From the IMG/VR virus record IMGVR_UViG_2617270985_000008: a stretch of 20,058 nt of DNA. One strand, 5' to 3'. The notes under the pieces are model-generated. The model made no database searches, was not told the origin of the DNA, and worked only from the letters and a program-made list of their open reading frames with translations. Source of the stretch: a virus (Duplodnaviria; Heunggongvirae; Uroviricota; Caudoviricetes). Shown here one piece after another: positions 7,971 through 16,729 of this stretch. Every line of letters starts with the position of its first letter. The stretch's first letter is position 1. The translations under genes and the position numbers were made by a program.

Positions 7971-10764
7971 TATCCGGGTCGCTTTCAGCGCCGTTGACAG
8001 GCTGACCCGGCCTGCCGAAAACGCCCGCCGCCTGATGGGGCAGTTTGGTGACTCCATCCAGCGAACGCAGGGGGCGATTAAAAATCTCGAGCGTCAGGCT
8101 CGTTCATTTGAGCGCGCCCGCGACGCTGTCAGTAAAGCGGATGCGGGTATCGTGAAAGCACGACGCCAGCTTAACGCCCTTAATCAGTTACAACGCACGG
8201 GTACAGTGCTCAGCGAAAAACAACAAAAGCTGATGCAGCAGTTAAGCACCCGGCTTGAACGCCTGAATGAATCGCGCACACGGGAAATTCAGAAAATGCG
8301 GGAGCTTGGCGGAGAGCTGAAACGCCACGGCATTTCCCTGACAGGCAGCGATAACACCATCCAGCAGGCCATCAGACGCACCGAACAGTACAACAACCAG
8401 CTTGAACGCGAACGGCAGGCGCTTGCGCGTGTAACGCGGGCGCGTGAGTGGTATTCGCGCGCGCAGGAAACCGCGGGAAAACTGAAAACAGGTGGTGCGC
8501 TGGCAATTGGTGCGGCAGCGGCGGGCGGCTATGCTGCCGGGCGTTTTTTGCAGCCCGCGATCGGGTTCGGCAAAGAGATGTCCCGCGTTCAGGCGCTGAC
8601 GCGAATCGACCAGAACAGCCCGCAGTTTAAGGCGCTGCGTGAGCAGGCGTTAAAACTTGGCTCTGAAACGCAGTTCACCGCAGGCGATGCCGCCAGTGGG
8701 CAGGCATTTCTTGCAATGGCAGGCTTCACACCGCAGGCCATTCAGGCTGCGCTTCCCGGAGTGCTGAGCATGGCAACGGCTGGCGGTATGGATCTCGGCG
8801 AGACGGCAGATATTGGCTCAAATATCCTGACGCAGTTCGGCCTTTCTGCTGACCAGATGGACCGGGTCGGTGACACACTCACCGCAGCGTTTACCCGTAC
8901 CAACACTGACCTTCGCGCACTGGGCGAAACCATGAAATATGCAGGTCCGGTGGCGGGTAAGCTGGGAATATCGCTGGAGCAGGCCGCAGCGATGGCTGGT
9001 GTGCTGGCGAATATGGGCATCAGAGGGAGTGATGCCGGGACGGCAATGCGTGCCAGCCTGGCTCGTCTGGCATCACCGCCAAAGGCGGCGGCAGAAGCTC
9101 TGAAAGAGCTGGGCGTGTCCGTCTCGGATGCCGGGGGTAAAATGCGCCCGATGGAGGATGTGCTGGCCGACCTTTATAAAGCCACCCGCAAATACGGGGA
9201 AGTTGACCGGGTATCGTTCTTTAAGGACATTGCCGGAGAAGAGGCTTTCACATCGTTTATGGCGCTCGTTGATGCAGTGGGTGACGGTTCCTTACCCAAA
9301 CTGAGAAAAGAACTTGAAGGCGCGCGCGGTGAGGCTGAACGCACAGCAAAGGTTATGGCCAACAACCTTGACGGCGATCTGAAATCACTCGGCAGTGCAT
9401 GGGAAGGGTTGCGCATCCGCATTGCAGATCTGATTGACGGTCCGCTGCGTTCTGTCACGCAGTGGCTCACGCGGGTGGTATCAAGGGTGACGGCGCTGGC
9501 GCAGGCCCATCCGGCACTGACGCGCCAGCTACTGATAGCAGGCGGTGCGTTGCTGGCAATGACTGCAACGGTTGGCTCGTTGTCGCTGGCTATTGGTGTG
9601 CTTGCTGGTCCGCTGGCAAAACTGCGTCTTGGTTTTTCTCTCCTGACCGGATCAATGAATGCTGTCAGGGTCCTGCCAGCACTATGGGGAATGGTGACGG
9701 GTTCCGTTTCTTTACTGGGAGGCGCTATCGGGGCGCTGTTCAGTCCGGTTGGTCTTATCGTGGCTGCGCTTGCCGGAGCTGCCGTCCTTATCTGGAAATA
9801 CTGGGATCCCATCAGGGCATTTTTTGCCGGGGTGTTCAGCGGGATTATGGAAAGGCTGAACCCGTTGCGTGAAACCTTTGAACGGTTTGGCCCTGTTTTT
9901 GACGCAATCGGAAGCGGGATCAGCCAGGTGTTTAACTGGTTTAAATCGCTGCTGTCACCGATGGAGTCCAGCAAGGAAACGCTGGATAAATGTACCAGTG
10001 CTGGCGAGATATTCGGTAACGTTCTTGGCGGTGCGTTACAACTTGTTCTGACACCTGCAAAAATGCTACTGGATACGCTGGCGTGGATACTTGAAAAACT
10101 TGGCGTCCTTCCGGATGAAGCGGAAAGGGCGCGCAAGAAAATCGAAGACGCACAGCGTGCGGCCATTCTTCAGGATAAGGTTGCCTTACTTCAGGGGGAC
10201 CTGGCGAAAATCAATCCGCCGAAGCCTGTGGAAAATGGCAATGGCACCGGAGGTGATAAACCCAAAGACAACAAACCGCTCACAGACAGCAATACCGGGA
10301 CGCTACGCAGACTCAGCAAAATTGCTGATAACACAGGTAAGCTGGTTGATGAGACGAAAAAACGCATTGGCCCTGGCGATATTGTCTTTAAGAACCTGCC
10401 CCGCGCACTTGCTGTTCGTGGGGAGTGGCAGGAGCGGAAGATTGCGCAGGTCAGTAAGCCTGCCCCCGCAATTAATATCACACCCGTAGTCCCGGCTCCG
10501 CTGCCTCCGGCGCTGGTCCCTGTTGTTGCGGCCAGCTCCCGCCCGGTGGCGGAGGCCATACGATCGCCAGTGGCATCAGTTCCTGCAGCTTCCCGTAATC
10601 GGGAGCCTGCTGTCTCCAGATTTGGCGGTGAAATTCATGTTCATCTGCATAACGTTGTTACGCAGAATCCCCGCGAACTGGCGAAACTGGTCGGTGAAAT
10701 GGTCAGGGCAGAAATGGAACGGCGCGCCCGTGCCGGGCGTGGCAGTTTTTACGATAAAGATTGA
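7921..10764 (+). CDS. T: Tail tape measure protein (P2 gpT-like)
   Basis: 947-aa ORF, coiled-coil-rich N-terminal half, hydrophobic Gly/Ala-rich central segments, Pro-rich C-terminus; located between E/E' and U. Track start is GTG 7921; the true start is more likely ATG 7948 or 7957. Confidence 0.85.
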   Translation: MSGRHFAAGMQTMKTLDIRVAFSAVDRLTRPAENARRLMGQFGDSIQRTQGAIKNLERQARSFERARDAVSKADAGIVKARRQLNALNQLQRTGTVLSEKQQKLMQQLSTRLERLNESRTREIQKMRELGGELKRHGISLTGSDNTIQQAIRRTEQYNNQLERERQALARVTRAREWYSRAQETAGKLKTGGALAIGAAAAGGYAAGRFLQPAIGFGKEMSRVQALTRIDQNSPQFKALREQALKLGSETQFTAGDAASGQAFLAMAGFTPQAIQAALPGVLSMATAGGMDLGETADIGSNILTQFGLSADQMDRVGDTLTAAFTRTNTDLRALGETMKYAGPVAGKLGISLEQAAAMAGVLANMGIRGSDAGTAMRASLARLASPPKAAAEALKELGVSVSDAGGKMRPMEDVLADLYKATRKYGEVDRVSFFKDIAGEEAFTSFMALVDAVGDGSLPKLRKELEGARGEAERTAKVMANNLDGDLKSLGSAWEGLRIRIADLIDGPLRSVTQWLTRVVSRVTALAQAHPALTRQLLIAGGALLAMTATVGSLSLAIGVLAGPLAKLRLGFSLLTGSMNAVRVLPALWGMVTGSVSLLGGAIGALFSPVGLIVAALAGAAVLIWKYWDPIRAFFAGVFSGIMERLNPLRETFERFGPVFDAIGSGISQVFNWFKSLLSPMESSKETLDKCTSAGEIFGNVLGGALQLVLTPAKMLLDTLAWILEKLGVLPDEAERARKKIEDAQRAAILQDKVALLQGDLAKINPPKPVENGNGTGGDKPKDNKPLTDSNTGTLRRLSKIADNTGKLVDETKKRIGPGDIVFKNLPRALAVRGEWQERKIAQVSKPAPAINITPVVPAPLPPALVPVVAASSRPVAEAIRSPVASVPAASRNREPAVSRFGGEIHVHLHNVVTQNPRELAKLVGEMVRAEMERRARAGRGSFYDKD

Positions 10765-10770
10765 GGAGTC

Positions 10771-11265
10771 ATGGCCATGATGATGATCTATGGCATGTTT
10801 GTTTTTGAGCTGCGCACGCTGCCGCATCAGCAGTTACAGCAAAACAAAAGCTGGCGGCATGTGAAAAATGAACGCGTTAACCGTTCAGCAAGCTGGCAGT
10901 ATATCGGTGCAGGTGATGATCGCATCGTTCTTTCTGGTGTGCTTTATCCTGAAATTACAGGTGGCGAAGTGTCGCTGTCTCTGCTGACCACGCAGGCGTA
11001 TACAGGACGGCCCTGGCCTCTGATTGATGGCGTCGGGCAGATTTACGGCATGTATGTCCTGACCGAAACGAATACGACCCGCTCCGAGTTTGATCGCTAC
11101 GGTAAGGCGAAAAAGATAGAATTTTCACTGACTCTTGAACGCTGTGATGAGGATTTGCGGGAGCGCCTGCAATCCTCATCGTTCAGCGATATGTTGTCCG
11201 GCTTCAAAGATAAGGTGACATCATCCCTTAATAGCGCGACCAGCTCAGTTAAGGGGCTGCTCTGA
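10771..11265 (+). CDS. U: Tail protein gpU-like
   Basis: 164 aa; TLPHQQLQQNKSWRH…LSGVLYPEITGGEVSL…WPLIDG…RSEFDRYGKAKKIEFSLTLE resembles P2 gpU. Several ATGs at 10771-10785, so the exact start is uncertain. Confidence 0.8.
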   Translation: MAMMMIYGMFVFELRTLPHQQLQQNKSWRHVKNERVNRSASWQYIGAGDDRIVLSGVLYPEITGGEVSLSLLTTQAYTGRPWPLIDGVGQIYGMYVLTETNTTRSEFDRYGKAKKIEFSLTLERCDEDLRERLQSSSFSDMLSGFKDKVTSSLNSATSSVKGLL

Positions 11266-11341
11266 TTTAACGTATGTCGCCAATTTCCTGATGAAGGTGA
11301 CTGGCGACTTGCTGTTGTATGTCCTTCTCAGAAAATTGTTT

Positions 11342-11370
11342 TTGAATAACAAACAACAGGATTTTATAAT
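11342..11370 (+). promoter_or_regulatory. Near-consensus sigma70 promoter (TTGAAT, 17-nt spacer, TATAAT) driving the acetyltransferase
   Basis: TTGAAT at 11342-11347 and TATAAT at 11365-11370; a second TATAAT at 11381-11386. About 50 nt upstream of the AAGGAG SD. Confidence 0.5.
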
Positions 11371-11421
11371 CTCTTAACCTTATAATATGTGTGGTCTGAA
11401 ATAATAATTAAGGAGATTATC

Positions 11422-11994
11422 GTGCTGTCTTACTTAATGGCAATTCACTTTGTTTTATTTGGGGACTCTACTAATTTAAAAAACTTCTGGAAATATGAAG
11501 TAATTCGGCGGAAACGTATGGATATCTGGAGGCTTTTAAGAGAGAAAAAACAGCGTAACCGGAATTTCCTTTTCTGGTGGCGGTTGGCTAACGAAATGTA
11601 TATTAATGGTAATAAATTACATAAGAAAGCAGCCAAAAAGTTAAACAGTAAAATAATTAACAAATTTGGTTGTGAAATTGGATTGGGCGCAAATATTGGA
11701 AAAGGGTTAACAATTCCCCATCATGCTGGAATTGTTGTTCATTTTGCTGTTGATGCTGGTGAAAATCTGGTGTTACGACAGAATACTACCATTGGACAGA
11801 TAGATGGTGACATGCCTGGTTCAAGAGTAAAAATTGGTAGTAACGTTGATATCGGAGCTAATTGTTGCATCATTGGATTATCACGTAAAATTGGGGATAA
11901 TGTAAAAATAGGTGCAATGTCTTTTATAAATAAAGATATACCATCGAACTGCACATATATAACTAAAAAGAGCGGTGTTGTATTGTATAAATAG
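11422..11994 (+). CDS. Hexapeptide-repeat (left-handed beta-helix) acetyltransferase, serine acetyltransferase/WcaB-like
   Basis: AT-rich ORF; C-terminal half has hexapeptide repeats (IGANIGKGLTIPHHAGIVV…IGSNVDIGANCCIIG…IGDNVKIGAMSFI). Start set at GTG 11422 with AAGGAG 6 nt upstream; the track ORF begins at 11389 without an RBS. Confidence 0.8.
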   Translation: MLSYLMAIHFVLFGDSTNLKNFWKYEVIRRKRMDIWRLLREKKQRNRNFLFWWRLANEMYINGNKLHKKAAKKLNSKIINKFGCEIGLGANIGKGLTIPHHAGIVVHFAVDAGENLVLRQNTTIGQIDGDMPGSRVKIGSNVDIGANCCIIGLSRKIGDNVKIGAMSFINKDIPSNCTYITKKSGVVLYK

Positions 11995-12002
11995 AGTACA
12001 TA

Positions 12003-12030
12003 AAGCCATCTATATTTCAATCGATGGCTT
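12003..12030. terminator. Bidirectional hairpin terminator between the acetyltransferase and the tail-fibre assembly gene
   Basis: 8-bp perfect stem AAGCCATC / GATGGCTT with 12-nt loop, flanked by AAA on the left and TTTTCTCTTT on the right. Confidence 0.5.
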
Positions 12031-12037
12031 TTTCTCT

Positions 12038-12616
12038 TTATTGTGGGGCGACTGGCCACTCAACATCCGCTGCTACCGCTGTATTAACACGATTCAACAA
12101 TACCCGGTATGTCTTCCATGCAGCCAGTAACGATGCCTCTTCCTCCGTTGCAATATCCAAATCTACGGCATCCTGAAGTGGCGCAATATGCTCGCTGGCT
12201 ACCTGCATCAGGCTGTTTTTTGTTTCTTCCGCCTCCCTTATCCGAAACAGTTTTTCTGCTTCTGCATCTTTCACCCAGGATGTGCCGTTCCACTTCTGAT
12301 ACTCTCCATACGGCGACAACCAGGTAACATTTTCCGGTAATGGACCGAGTTCAGAAATAAATAACGAGTCCCCTGATGCCACGTCATAAACCGTTTTACC
12401 CCGATGGTCTTCAACGAGATGCCACGATGCCTCATCACTGTTGAAAACGGCCACGAAGCCAGCCGGAATATCTGGCGGGGCAATATCGGTACTGTTTGCA
12501 GGCAGACCTGTATGAGGTGGAATGTATGCATCACCTTCACCAATAAACTCATTGGTTCCGGTCAGTAGATTATAAATTTTTATGGTCCGTGAGTGTTCAC
12601 TCATTCTGAATGTCAT
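12038..12616 (-). CDS. G: Tail fibre assembly protein (P2 gpG / Tfa family)
   Basis: 192 aa directly downstream of the tail-fibre gene; C-terminus (…[35 protein letters not shown]) is the conserved Tfa signature. Alternative start ATG 12604. Confidence 0.8.
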   Translation of the reverse strand: MTFRMSEHSRTIKIYNLLTGTNEFIGEGDAYIPPHTGLPANSTDIAPPDIPAGFVAVFNSDEASWHLVEDHRGKTVYDVASGDSLFISELGPLPENVTWLSPYGEYQKWNGTSWVKDAEAEKLFRIREAEETKNSLMQVASEHIAPLQDAVDLDIATEEEASLLAAWKTYRVLLNRVNTAVAADVEWPVAPQ

Positions 12617-12653
12617 TATGCAAGCCTCACAATATAGTTAAATGCGATGTTTT

Positions 12654-13976
12654 TTACGGTGTTTTCTTCGTTAACTCCAGACCTGTGGCCCCCTGCATAT
12701 TATCTGTCAGGGCGGTCAGCCGACCTTTTGAAGCCAGATTAACTGACGATACTGCTGTCCCATCTGACGGTAACGCCCCGATCTCTGATGCTGTTGGCTT
12801 ATTCCTGGAGTTATAGTCCCTTCGCCAGCCAGGAGCATAAGCATCACCATGATTAATATAAGTAAATTGAGCATTAGGGATGCCTTCACCGCTGGATGTA
12901 CTCGGTGTGGTAATGCGTATGGTCATTGCGCCGCGGGTGCCAATAACTTCCACAACAGCACCTGCAAGACAAATACTTCCGCAACCTGTATCTGTAATGA
13001 CCTTATTATTTGCATAAGCCCATGAGCCTTTGCACATCCAGTAAGGATGGTTAAATGCCCCCTGACTCTCTAGCCAAAAAATCAACTGCGCAGTTGTCCA
13101 TGCTTCACTATCTCCACCAATATTCAGCTCTGCACTATATGCACGGCAGGCACCGATATTTTTCGTAAAGGTGTCTTTATCAGAGATATCCTCACCATTC
13201 TTAGCTTTCTGCAGACGTTTTTCAGCATTGTCATAGGCAGCTTTTACTGCATTTGATGTTGCCGCCAGCGTTTCAGATGTACTGTTGGTTGCACTACTAA
13301 GCTGGACAAGGCCTTTTCGCGCTGTTGTGGCATCCTGCGCTGTATATTTTCCGTTAGCAAGATCATACGCGACCTTAACCGCTTTCGGCGTTGCAGCCAG
13401 CGTTTCAGAATCGCTGTTAGTGGCGCTACTGAGTTGAACAAAGCCTTTTGCGGTCAGCGAGGCATCCGGGTGACATCGTGACTGTTCATGCTCTTTCAGT
13501 TTGTTATCCACGTAATCCACTGTGGCCATCACCATGGTGTTATCCACGGTAAGCGCCACAGTGGCAGTGCTGGATACGGTCAGAATGGTGCGAAATGTTT
13601 GTGCACGTCCGGACCCTTCGGCAACGGCTGGCTTGTAACTTTCGGCAGTATTGCCCACCGCGATTAAATCGCCGTGCTCATCAAACACACCAATTTCCCG
13701 GATCCAGAATCCGCCCGTTTCTGGAGGAATAACCAGCTCCGCAATAATGCGGTTCTGATGTGTTGCGTCCAGGATGACGCGATTAACAGTGTGTCGCCAC
13801 ACCTCATGCACCAGACGGGTCTGCTTACTGTCTGGTGTGGGCAACGCGCCGCCACCGTCGCCCACGGCCATATGAGTCAGGCGGACAGGCTTACCATCTG
13901 GCGCGGCTGCCTGAGCTAATTTTTTGGCACCTGTATCGGTGATAACGGTTTTAAATTTTCGTGTTGTGGTACTCAT
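12654..13976 (-). CDS. H: Tail fibre protein (P2 gpH-like)
   Basis: 440 aa; conserved gpH N-terminal domain (…VRLTHMAVGDGGG…RLVHEVWRH…AELVIPPETGGFWIREIG…ESYKP…) and duplicated QLSSATNS.SETLAAT motif; divergent C-terminal domain. Confidence 0.88.
   Translation of the reverse strand: MSTTTRKFKTVITDTGAKKLAQAAAPDGKPVRLTHMAVGDGGGALPTPDSKQTRLVHEVWRHTVNRVILDATHQNRIIAELVIPPETGGFWIREIGVFDEHGDLIAVGNTAESYKPAVAEGSGRAQTFRTILTVSSTATVALTVDNTMVMATVDYVDNKLKEHEQSRCHPDASLTAKGFVQLSSATNSDSETLAATPKAVKVAYDLANGKYTAQDATTARKGLVQLSSATNSTSETLAATSNAVKAAYDNAEKRLQKAKNGEDISDKDTFTKNIGACRAYSAELNIGGDSEAWTTAQLIFWLESQGAFNHPYWMCKGSWAYANNKVITDTGCGSICLAGAVVEVIGTRGAMTIRITTPSTSSGEGIPNAQFTYINHGDAYAPGWRRDYNSRNKPTASEIGALPSDGTAVSSVNLASKGRLTALTDNMQGATGLELTKKTP
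13230..13445 (-). repeat. Intragenic tandem repeat in the tail-fibre gene (two copies, 132-nt period)
   Basis: Peptide repeats GFVQLSSATNSDSETLAATPKAVKVAYD (aa 178-205) and GLVQLSSATNSTSETLAATSNAVKAAYD (aa 222-249); the DNA copies are visibly similar. Confidence 0.6.
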
Positions 13977-13978
13977 GC

Positions 13979-14509
13979 TTAATCGTCCGGATAAATGGTA
14001 ATAACTTCACCGTCATGAGTTGCCGCCGCTGCAAAAATATCCCCCGGAATTTCCTGAATGATATTCAGCCCTGTCATGTGGCGGCTGACCGGACGGGCAT
14101 CAGCAATCAACCGCTCCATTTCCAGATACATTTCCTCCGTCACGCCACTGTCCAGTGTGCCGACTTCAACGGTAAATGTTCCCGGTTCTCCGCCGAACTC
14201 CCACCACTCAGACACGCGAATGAGGTATCCCAGCGGCTCAATGGCCCTGCGCAGTGCGCTGATGGTCCCTTTGTGTCGGTGTATCAGCCATGCATCACGA
14301 ATCACCTGTCGTTTTGTCTCTTCCGGCCAGTTGCGATCCCAGCGGTCAACGGAAAATGCCCAGGCGAGATAAGGCAGCAGGTGCACCGGGCAGGTGTCCG
14401 GCGACCACAGCGTGTTGAGGTCTACCGGGATGTCTGTAATGCGCGTTCCGACAGCTTCGGCACAACGCATGAAACTGCTGGCTGATGGTGGTAACAGTGA
14501 ATTACTCAT
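13979..14509 (-). CDS. I: Baseplate protein gpI-like
   Basis: 176 aa from ATG 14509 (MSNSLLPP…), overlapping the J stop in an ATGAGTAA arrangement; motifs WSPDTCP..LLPYLAWAFSVDRWD…GYLI…EWWE…PGTF…EMERLIADA…SRH match gpI. The track ORF starts 11 codons earlier. Confidence 0.85.
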   Translation of the reverse strand: MSNSLLPPSASSFMRCAEAVGTRITDIPVDLNTLWSPDTCPVHLLPYLAWAFSVDRWDRNWPEETKRQVIRDAWLIHRHKGTISALRRAIEPLGYLIRVSEWWEFGGEPGTFTVEVGTLDSGVTEEMYLEMERLIADARPVSRHMTGLNIIQEIPGDIFAAAATHDGEVITIYPDD

Positions 14510-15257
14510 TGCGCCCACCTTCGCTGATGGTGAACGACTCACAGCGCGCCGCCTGTATGTCGCTGATGGCCATATTCTGTGTGGGTTCGATTATCTCCAC
14601 GCGTTGCACACCGTGCACATGCAGTGCGGCAGCAATGGCGGACAACGCCACGTCCTGACCGATAAGCCCCTGCTCAGCCAGCCACTTCCTGAACGACGAT
14701 TCAGCCGCCGCCAGAATAGGTTCGGATTCCGGGCCGGGGTAAAAGTACAGTTTTGCATTCAGCCGCCATGTCACGATTCTGGCGCTCTGTACCGTCAGGC
14801 GGTCGGCCACCGGGCGGGTATCCTCTGCATTCAGAACGGCGCGAACGGTATTAAGCAACGCCTCCGTTGCTGTGCCGTCGCCTTCAGTGGACAGGATGGA
14901 AACCGTCACATTTGCCGGAGACGGACTGATAGCCCGCGCATCACGCACCAGACCGCTGGCGCTGCGGGCAAAATACTCGTATGCACCTGACGGGCCAGCA
15001 ACACTCAGGCCATCGTACGCCCGCTGCGCCCGCAGTCTCAGCGAGGTGTCACTTTCCATCACTGCGTCGGTGGTATCCGTTGCCGGAGTGATGGTCAGGC
15101 GCTTTGTGTTCATATTGCCCGCGAGGTTGTCCAGGTCTGTCCCGGCGCTGTGGCTTAACATGCAGGCGCGTGCCCCCTCATTGACCCGCTGGCGTAACGA
15201 GCGTTTCACGGTTATGGAGTTCTGATGAGCAGAAAAAATAAAAAAGTGCGCATGAGT
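14502..15257 (-). pseudogene. J: Baseplate assembly protein gpJ, 5'-truncated remnant
   Basis: Translation (…RQRVNEGARA…MESDTSLRLRAQRAYDGLSVAG…RPVADRLTVQSA…YFYPGPESEPI…HVHGVQRVE…) matches roughly the C-terminal 220 aa of gpJ. Homology stops near 15210-15250, where the opposite-strand Q start abuts; about 85 N-terminal codons are missing. Confidence 0.75.
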
Positions 15258-15959
15258 TCACGCATTGATCTCGCTGATGCGCTCAGGAAAGAATCATCGC
15301 TCAGTGCATTCACATTTGATGGTCCTTATCGCCTGACCGGGCATGACCTGCTGGACAATATGTACTGTGCTGATAACGGGCGGTGGTATGAAACCCCGGT
15401 GGACTGGTACGGTCTGGCAAGAGCCGCCCGGCAAACGTCCTGGCATCAGTCTGCGCTTTACTTTAAGCGCAATGTATTGCTCGGTTGCTACATCCCGCAC
15501 CCGCTGCTTTCCCGGCAGGATTTCTCGGCGCTGGCGCTGGACTGGTTTGTGTTCGGTAACGCATTCCTTGAGCTTCGAAGCAATATGCTCGGCGAACCGC
15601 TTAAATTACGGCACGCCCTGGCGAAATACATGCGACGCGGAAGCGATCTTGAATCATGGTGGTATGTGCAGGATGGCAAGGATGCGTTTCAGTTTCGCCC
15701 AGGCAAAGTGTGCCACCTGATGAATCCGGACATTAACCAGGAAATCTACGGCATGCCGGAATATCTCGGCGCATTACTCTCGGCCAGCCTGTCTCATTCG
15801 GCGGACATGTTCAGAAAACTGTATTACGACAACGGATCCCACGCCGGGTGCATCATCTACATCGGTGCAGCGCAGGTAAACCGCGAAAGCATGGACTCCC
15901 TGAAAGAAACGCTACAGGGTGCGCGTGGTGGTGGTGCGTTTCACGTCCTCTGGAGGTGA
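15225..15959 (+). pseudogene. Q: Portal protein gpQ, 3'-truncated remnant
   Basis: 244-aa ORF with portal motifs (…NGRWYE…YFKRNVL…IPHPLLS.QDF…FGNAFLE…DINQEIYGMPEYL…YYDNGSHAG…) corresponding to roughly the N-terminal 70% of a P2-type portal; ends in unrelated sequence. Confidence 0.75.
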
Positions 15960-16076
15960 AACGAACGACAGGAAAATGCTTAATTGCCATTACGCCTCCT
16001 TGGTGTGTGTGAATACCTCTGCGAATGCAGATTGTGTTCACATTTTTTTATTTAAGCTGGGGTTTTATTTATGCGG

Positions 16077-16190
16077 TTATTCGCCAGTGAAAAAGCGTTC
16101 AATCTTTTTTACTGAATTAATAATTCGCATAATACCAATTGCACAAACTACCGAAATAATAAGAACAATCCAGGATATAAATATACTCAT
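16077..16190 (-). CDS. Putative 37-aa hydrophobic membrane peptide
   Basis: Not in the ORF track. ATG overlaps the stop of the upstream 80-aa gene (ATGA coupling). Translation MSIFISWIVLIISVVCAIGIMRIINSVKKIERFFTGE has one TM helix and a basic C-terminus. Confidence 0.35.
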   Translation of the reverse strand: MSIFISWIVLIISVVCAIGIMRIINSVKKIERFFTGE

Positions 16191-16429
16191 GCGATATTTC
16201 CCAGTTTGTACGGCTCAATATGCTCCCCGCATTCTGCGGCGCAGATAAGCTCAGAAAGTTCATTAAGTGCATCCAGATCGTCAGCGTAAAAAGCTACGTC
16301 ATACAGACTCCGGATAGCCCTGGTCAATGAGTCACGGGCTGCACGTTCTGAATGAGCGCCGGATGCGCTTAAACGAAAATAAAAACGCTCAAGTGCTTTG
16401 TTGATGAGAGTTTTATATTCTTTATCCAT
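16187..16429 (-). CDS. Hypothetical prophage early-region protein (80 aa)
   Basis: Tightly packed in the leftward early operon; no recognisable motif. Confidence 0.5.
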   Translation of the reverse strand: MDKEYKTLINKALERFYFRLSASGAHSERAARDSLTRAIRSLYDVAFYADDLDALNELSELICAAECGEHIEPYKLGNIA

Positions 16430-16440
16430 CGCAACACCCT

Positions 16441-16719
16441 TTAATCTGCTTTCTGAATTTCAGCTTCTGAATCCATGCAGATAATCTCGATATAGGGTTC
16501 ATCGCCATTAACCTGACGAGATTTTTCGGCTTCGCTAATTATTTCGCGAATGATCTGGTACGGAAGCTCTACAGTCAGGCGTGTACCGTTCAGATAAACG
16601 TAGGTAGCTGCGTTTTTTTCAGATGGAACTACTCCGTCAATAGCTGATGCGCGTAATAACAGTTCACCGCGAAAATCAATAAAGCGGATAAATACACCTT
16701 GTGCATGGTCTTTAGTCAT
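16441..16719 (-). CDS. Hypothetical prophage early-region protein (92 aa)
   Basis: ORF 11 nt downstream of the previous gene on the same strand; acidic C-terminus; function unknown. Confidence 0.5.
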   Translation of the reverse strand: MTKDHAQGVFIRFIDFRGELLLRASAIDGVVPSEKNAATYVYLNGTRLTVELPYQIIREIISEAEKSRQVNGDEPYIEIICMDSEAEIQKAD

Positions 16720-16729
16720 AAAGCACCTG

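Noticed and set aside
9174-10166. Minus-strand 330-aa ORF, with other long antisense ORFs, inside the tape measure gene
   Set aside because: Typical open antisense frames in GC-rich coding sequence; Ser/Ala/Pro-rich low-complexity translation.
13961-14990. Plus-strand ORFs 13961..14485, 14058..14372, 14394..14990 and 14872..15225
   Set aside because: Antisense to the gpI and gpJ homologs, which have clear protein-level matches.
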